DNA of 64,000 nucleotides from Setoptus koraiensis (Eukaryota; Animalia; Arthropoda): NCBI GenBank assembly GCA_048013815.1, contig CM106585.1, positions 19,344,001 to 19,408,000 of the forward strand, read 5' to 3'. Shown piece by piece: positions 56,792 to 64,000 of this stretch (position 1 is its first letter; each line of letters starts with the position of its first letter). The notes under the pieces were generated by a model. It saw only the letters and a program-made list of their open reading frames with translations, ran no database searches and was not told where the DNA came from. The position numbers and the translations under genes were made by a program.

Positions 56792-59623
56792 ATGGAATTG
56801 ACTGCTATTAATGTCAATACAATGTTTATATTTTATATTGTTGGTTTAGCAGCAATGTGCTCTCGAATTAGTCTGGCACTAATCCAAGAAGGACTGGACT
56901 CTAGAGATATCGCGACAGGTGCGCGGAATCCATCTTATAGAGCCCCATTAAATACTTTTAACAATTATAATCACATTGGCACTCTCAATGAGATGGGCCC
57001 ACAGCAGCAGCAGCAACAGCAACAACAACAGCAGAATGCAGTGAACACAATTGATCAGAAGCCATCCATCGATCCATCGGCGAGAATTGGTTTATATCAG
57101 ACATTGATGGAGATGGAGAGTAGGCCAACAGAAAATCTTCAAGAATGTGCCCAATGGTTCAAGGCAAACGCAGATTATAATTATATACTGAACGAGGCAC
57201 AAGCTAGATTGAGGACCAGACCGAGACAAGCTGCCAAAAAGCAAGAGTGTGACGCAATGAAAGAATCATGGAACCAAACGAAAGCTCTAGTGGACAAATT
57301 CACAAGACTTTTAGATGATCCACAAAGTAGAGAAAATTCACAAATTGTCTTGGATATGTTTGATCAACTTGATGCCCGTATCGGGCAACAAACGCATCTG
57401 AGCGAATTTGACGCCTATCTGCACAGCAATGGCGTCCAAGAGAAACTCAGACAACTCGAGGAAGAATATTCACATCCTGTTGGCACTTCCATGGCACCAA
57501 CAGTATTTACGGGAAACGGTGTGACAAGCAAATTGGACGAAGTTCAAGAATTAGATCAAGCCATCAGATTGTTGATTGACAGAGAAGAAACAAACGGCGA
57601 CACTGACATAGACAATCTGTCTGATATGTCAGACATGATGCAAGACACTCTGGCAAGTGGTCGCATCAGATTGGGCTCGCCAAGATTCAAATATCTGGCT
57701 GCCACCGTTGATGCCGCTTACGAAGTTGTTGATCTACGGCATGCAAAAGAAGATTCGCACAACAACCACAGCGAAAATCAAGCATCATTGGCGCCCGTGG
57801 TAGCCAATGGCATTACGATACCAACAAGTCCGTTGGCGCCCATCGTAGCATCAAATCTGAACAGTGGCACTGTTGCGGGCACTGCCATCCAGGGCACCCA
57901 GTCCGGTAATCAAGGGTGAGTTTCTCTCAGGTTTTCTTTTTTCATGCAAACTAAACATATATTGCTAGTTGAAGTCGTTTTAGATGGAAACGCGGCAGCA
58001 ACAACAACAAGGATTTGCAGCAACTCACACTGTACCAATTGTTGATGCTTGATATTTCATCTCAGAGCCTCGCTATTTTTTAATCAGAGTCCATTTAACA
58101 GCAGATCCAATAATAAGGAACAGCAACAACAACCAGATATGGACCGCACCGCAGCAACAGAGGCCAGCGGCGTTGTCGTCGACGAGCATTATCCAGCCGC
58201 CATCGGCCAGCTCGCTCATTCCGCAGCGAAGAATGAAGCGCTCGCTCCCGGAACAAGAGGCGCCAGAAGAGGAGCCAAAGAGCGAGACAGAAAAGAAGCC
58301 GAAGAGCGAGACAGAAAAGAAGCCGAAGAGCGAGACAGAAAAGAAGAGCGACGAAAAAGGAGAGAAGAAGAAAGAGACAGACACAACAATCAAGTCGGAG
58401 GAGCCGACCGAGAACAAGCAACGAACTCTGGTGCGTCGCAAAAGATTGGCGGGAGAATTGGCGTCGTTCATGAAGGAAAAACTGACCGAAAAATTGATGG
58501 AAAGCATGGGAGTGGACCGAGAACGAATGGCGCAATCGCACAGGGGACCGCCGAGGAGGAGTCATTACTACTACGAGGAGGACGACGACGACGAGGACGA
58601 CGACGAAGAAGAGGAGCCGGTGGTGAAGAGCAAAGAAAAGAAAAAAGAGAAGCCCAAAAAGAAGAAGGTAGTGGTAGTGTACGAGAAGGAGAAAAAATGC
58701 GGCAAAAAGGAGTTCGCAAAGAAGGGCAAGTATGGCGGCCACAGCGTTTACGGGGGCAAGGGGGGCCACGGCAAGGGTTGCAAGAGGAAGAAGTGAGAGG
58801 CCAGCGGATCAGCAATAATAACACAGACAATATAAATTCAAATATAAACAAACAACAATATCCTGTTGTTACAAATGGTAACCACAATCAGGACAACAAG
58901 CGACATGCGAGCAATTTCGTTCGGGGCCCCAAGCCAACAAAACTAGCCGACGGCTCGGAAAACCGATTGCCCAATTTCATGCCCAAACAGGATCATCCGA
59001 ATGTAATTGAGGTTGACTTAAATAAAATTATAAATCAAAACCACGTTAATCCGAACCACGAGCAAACAAACAAACAAAATTTCCTGTCCACACTAGAGTC
59101 ATTAGTTAATAGCGGCCGCCAAGGTGACAACATGGGAGATAAGCAGCAACAAACAGTTCCGTGGGGCGTCAGACGTAAGCACGAATCAGAGTTTGAGTTT
59201 TCAAATGAATCCGTTTCAGATAAATCAAAGAAAACCAGCAGGTCAAAAGAAGAAACAAGCTCCAAGCGAGACAATGGCGTCGCTGATAACACCGCTGTCT
59301 CAAGTTTACAGAGACATTCAACCCCAAGTGGGCCGTTGCCTCTTGTCAGAGGCAGTTCATCAGCCGATCATGAAAAACCCTCTGGTCATCGTCACAAATC
59401 CAAGCGATACTCTAGCGACAGCGAAGAGTCTAGTTCTGACAGACAGAAACAAAATATAAAAGTTAAAAACACCTACATTGAGGAGCCGGTGGCAATAATA
59501 AATGACGACGGAGATGTTAATCGTTCAACCCGTCATCACGGGCATCATTCAAACAAGCGTCGGCCTAATTCTACCAGACAGCCCTATCAGACCACTGTCA
59601 TCAAGATAAACATGTTCCAATGA
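56792..59623 (+). CDS. Secreted orphan protein; exon 1 56792-57915, exon 2 via acceptor 58065 to 59623 (long isoform)
   Basis: Signal-like N-terminus, poly-Q and a helical core. Donor GG|GTGAGT at 57916 is phase 2, and the acceptor TCTCAG at 58065 enters the 58049-59623 frame. Confidence 0.6.
58088..58796 (+). CDS. Alternative-frame exon 2 (acceptor 58087) encoding a Lys/Glu-rich, Gly/His/Lys-tailed C-terminus
   Basis: Acceptor TTTTTTAATCAG at 58087 with the same phase-2 donor enters the 58173-58796 frame, which is stop-free from 58053. It contains RRMKR and RRKR sites. Confidence 0.55.
58278..58349 (+). repeat. 24-bp tandem repeat x3 (KSETEKKP or ERDRKEAE depending on frame)
   Basis: aagagcgagacagaaaagaagccg repeated. 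Confidence 0.9.
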
Positions 59624-61837
59624 GACCTAGTTGAGCGTCTTTTTGCCGCCCCGAGAAACTGTATTGTATCCAAATGATTTACCCATGATGAATCTAGAAT
59701 AATAATAAGAATATTTAGCGATCTCCAGCGATTTATGCTTTTATCCAAGTAAACGCCTCAGATTGCTGTTGTCTCTTTTTCAAATATTTGCCTCATTGTT
59801 TGCTGCGTCTCATTTGGCAAAAAAGTGTATCGCGCAAAAATTCATGGACGTCCATTAATCATCTGATAGCATCAGACTGATACTATCAGACTGATAGGGA
59901 GCGACCTCTGAATCCTATGATACTGATGGCAGATTTGCGATGGAGTTGCTTGTGCGGAAAGAGTGCGTAGTCATGGTCGTTGTTTTAGTTCAAGGTCGTG
60001 TCGATCTTGCACCGCGATTTGCTCTTAAATCACCAGTCGAAATCGATTGCTCTCATTTGACGTGTGTAGTTGTTGTCGGCAGTTCATCTCTTAATGTTCG
60101 TACTATTCGATGCCAACGCAACAGGTAATTGTGATTTTTCTTGAGAGTCACAAAGTCAAGATAATAGTTGGCTGAGGTGGAATTACCGAATTGCCGAATT
60201 CAATGTGCGCTGATGTGCTACTGCTGGCATGGCTCAAATAAGCCAGAAATATTTGTAATTGTATTTGCATGAATATGCGAAACTAGTCTGTTGCTTGCTG
60301 GTCACAACTGGAAGATGTGTCCGGCAATGGATCAATGGCAGCAATGAGACTATGTATTATGTGAGGGCTAGATGGGCGATTTGCTGCATCGCGATACAAG
60401 TGAACATGCGCCAAGGCGTTCGAAGTTAACAACTCAGAGAAGGGATATGTTTGTCGAGACAATGACACCATCAGAAGAGCCAAGTGATAGTTCCTCGACC
60501 TCTCGTTGTCACACATATACACACAAACTTGGTGACGCCATTGTTGGTGTGTCGTTGTTCCACTTCTTAAGCTTCTTAACTTTTTATACTTTTTATACTT
60601 ATACTGGCATGGGGTAATCTGGCCTGGCCATTGCAGCGCGATGTGACGGTGCTAAGCGAGCACGTTTTCAACCCTCCGCCGCCGCCGACGCCGCACGCCA
60701 AGTCGGAAGGAGCCGCGATAGTTCATTTTGAAATCATTCAAATAAAGTTACCTTGTAGTTTCAATTATTTCAACTACAACTATTCATATCTCACTCACTC
60801 TCAATAACTTTAGCATTATGATGGAACGAATCAGATGATCGTTTCGTTGACTGGGCTCAAAGAAAGTGCCACACTGTATGAGCATTATGAATGAATAAAT
60901 TAGTCGCTCTCGCTAGGAATATAAATAACACAGTCGGTCTTTGTTGTTGGCATGATGCGCCAGCACATAGCGACTAGTGACTCGTCGCATCCATCTTATC
61001 GCCTTAGCGTCGTCATACGCAACCATGGTGCTCTGCTAGCTCTCGTCACACGAAGCCGAGTCGTTGAAATATTTTCTCGAAGCAACAACTTGAAAATCTA
61101 GCTCTCGTTTGTCACATGGCAATCACATACATCTAAATAAGGAAGCTAGCGACGGAATATCAGCAGTGATATATGGTACCATATCACAAAGCTCAGCAGT
61201 ATATCAGCAGTATTTCGACTAGCGCACTGTCGTTGTTGCTGTTGTTGTTTACATCAACGTCGTGACTGACTCCGAGGCAAACGAGCCAATTGTTCATGCA
61301 TATTATTAACTAATCTCCGTCGCACCGATTCCACAAAACCGTTCACCAATGGTGCTAGCAGCGTCTCTGTGTCCTCCCTTCGAAGTTTATCTCTCTCTCT
61401 AGTCTCCGAGCTTGTGCGAGTTTTTGTTGTTTTTCTTCGCTCCTTTATCCGTGGCTCCAATATTCGAATTTCGAGTAAACATGGCCGCCATTGTTGATTT
61501 GTTCGCCCATTGTAAACAATGATGCAAAATTGAAAACAAGCACCAATCAAAACAACAGCATCCACAATCAAAAAGTTACGTAACAACGGTCTCCAGTTCT
61601 CTAATGATCGACGATAATTATTATTATTATTATAATAATATGTTTTCGAAATGTTAATATGTTTACCAAATGATCGCGCCCGTGAAGCCGTATTTTTTCG
61701 TCATAATTAATTAACTTCAAAAGCATAATCGTAAATTTCAATAGCCTTCATATGTTGTCACAAAACGATAACCTCGACACCGTTTGCGTCCACACAATCA
61801 CTACCATTATTACATCATCATCATCATCATCATCATC

Positions 61838-64000
61838 ATGTTGGATATATTTAGCGGTTTGCGCTTAGTGATTAAGCACAGACCCATCAATATTGACAAT
61901 ACAATATTTAGGTTTCACTGGTTCCTCACTTCAACAATATTAATATCGTTCAGTTTGATCATAACGGCCAGACAATATGTCGGTCAGCCCATTGAGTGCC
62001 ACTCAACAGACAAGATACCAGAGACGTTGCTCAATTCTTACTGTTGGGTACAAAGTACTTTTACAGTGCCACAAGCATGCAATCAACGCGTCGGAATAGA
62101 TATACCCTACCCGTGCATAGATAATTCGCGCGGACGCGAAATTAAAATGTTCGCCTATTACCAATGGGTGGGAATTGTGTTATTTATCCAAGGACTTTTA
62201 TTCCATTTACCTTATTACCTGTGGAAAATATGGGAAGCGGGTCTGATACGAGCAAGTGAGTAATAAATGTGTACACAAATAAATTATTTCATTATTAATT
62301 CAGTATATTGTCTAACTTCCGCTTTAGTGTATTCAGAATTTGGCGGAATCTTAAGCGAAAAAATCTAACATGTATATTCTGAAACATCGTTACACCAATT
62401 ACAAAATTCCACAGTTACAACCGGATTGAGGGTGACCGTATTGAGCGACATTGAACGATGCAAGAAAAAGGAAATAGTCATCGAGTATTTGCACAAACAT
62501 ATGGGCTACCACAAGTCGTATGCGTTGAGATACTTCATTTGTGAATTATTTTGTCTTCTCAATCTGCTGCTTCAATTGTGGGCCACAGATAAATTTTTCG
62601 ACGGGCAATTTGTAAGCTATGGTCTCGATGTTATTAGATATTCTTCGCCCGCTGGAGAGAACCAGCACCAGCATACGTCCAATTTGAATAATCACAATGA
62701 CGACAACTACAACCGGCATATTGATAGGGTGGCCCAGGGCTACAGTCACAACCAATTGATGGCGATATCAAATAATATCACATCAATTGAGCCCAGAGTT
62801 GACCCAATGGTAAGTCTATTTAGGGTCTAATTTTGTCCCAGGAAAAATCGCTTGCTCTTCGTGACTCTCGTCGTTCGAAAATCTAGCTAACTTATCTGTT
62901 TACTTATTGAATATGCTTCATTGTGCAGACCTTCATATTTCCGAGGATAACCAAATGCAGCTATTACGACTTTGGCAGCTCAGGCGACATTCAGAAGCAC
63001 GACGCAATCTGCTTGTTACCTCTCAATATAGTCAATGAAAAAATTTACATAGCCCTCTGGTAAGTGTTAAATCCGACAACATCGCAGCATACCCACTGAA
63101 AAGTGGTACCCATACCCCAATTCTTAAATATTCGTCGCCACTAACCGTCACAACTCATTATAAATCGACGCAATCAGGTTTTGGTTTTTGATTTTGGCCC
63201 TATTAACCTCGATGGTTATTGTCTTCAGATTCTTCATACTTCTTTCCAGAGGAGTCAGAGCGAAGGTGTTACGTTCGCGATGCAAGCTATCGTTGGAAGG
63301 CGATGTGAACATTATATGCCAAAAGGGCGATATCGGCGATTGGTTTCTATTTTATATGATGGCCAACAATTTGGATCCGTTAATTATGAGAGAGATTGTT
63401 GCGGAGATAGCCGATCGCTTAGATCAAGAGATAATGTCCGATAAAGAGACGGAAGCGTTGGCCTCGTTTAGTCGCATTGCTAATTGTGATAATATTAATA
63501 GCAATTTGATCGAACGGCAAGCCGTCAGATCGGCAGATATCATAACATCAAGCAGCACATCAGACAGTATGCTAACTTATACTGGGCAAACGAAGCAACC
63601 AACAGCAAAGACTTCATTGGGCAAGAAGTTCAGGAGGAGATTTAATTTGAAAGGATTCATGAAAGGAGGAAGACTATTTTCATTTGACGACACTTCAGTA
63701 ACTCCGACAGCATCGCATAGGGGCCACATGAAAAGACTCAATTCTCTGCAAGGCGATAGACAGCACCTTTTTAATGGTCAACTTTGTTTAGATTTGGAAG
63801 ATGGCTCCTCCACAACATTTTACCTGAGTAGATCTGAGAGAAAATACGCCAACAAGCAAAACAATAGGCAGTTGGAAATTAAGCAAGATACCGGTGACAG
63901 AGCTCGTCCATCAGTGAAACCAGAGGAATCGGCAGCCTCGTCATCTCGAGATGCTGTTAGCGAAACTCCGGCAGTCAATACTGACTGTCTTCCGTTGCCT
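61838..64000 (+). CDS. Innexin (shakB/ogre-like), 3' end outside window; exons 61838-62255, 62415-62809, 62929-63059, 63178->64000
   Basis: [53 protein letters not shown] and GDWFLFY. Three phase-compatible GT-AG introns; the last exon is open to the window end. Confidence 0.93.

Noticed and set aside
61254-61586. 110-aa minus-strand ORF upstream of the innexin
   Set aside because: TTG start only, no ATG or recognisable motif; probably 5' regulatory or UTR sequence.

Overview
Gene-dense eukaryotic (arthropod) DNA, most consistent with a compact acariform mite genome, possibly eriophyoid. This is inferred from intronless housekeeping genes, short GT-AG introns (about 80-290 nt for most), very short intergenic spaces and poly-Q/N/T insertions. 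No prokaryotic features, CRISPR arrays, rRNA or tRNA were found. Layout: (1) 1-9.8 kb, a 5'-truncated perlecan/trol-like gene with a >9.2 kb exon. (2) 10-32 kb, a lineage-specific 'secretome' block: two paralogous orphan type-I membrane proteins, two divergently transcribed lipases, a four-copy tandem array of an orphan secreted ~430-aa protein (two intact, one split by a mobile-like insert that could be spliced out, one truncated) paired with a small Cys-rich peptide gene and its pseudogene, and two repeat-rich secreted-type proteins. (3) 33-55 kb, a housekeeping block: two NDUFS2 copies identical at protein level, ELOVL, shortened PSMD5, CCDC12, CHRAC1, PSMB7, an enoyl-CoA hydratase and CLASRP. 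(4) 56-64 kb, a secreted-protein gene whose second exon is open in two frames reachable by alternative 3' splice sites, and an innexin running off the window. All exon structures and comparisons were derived by eye; no database searches were run.
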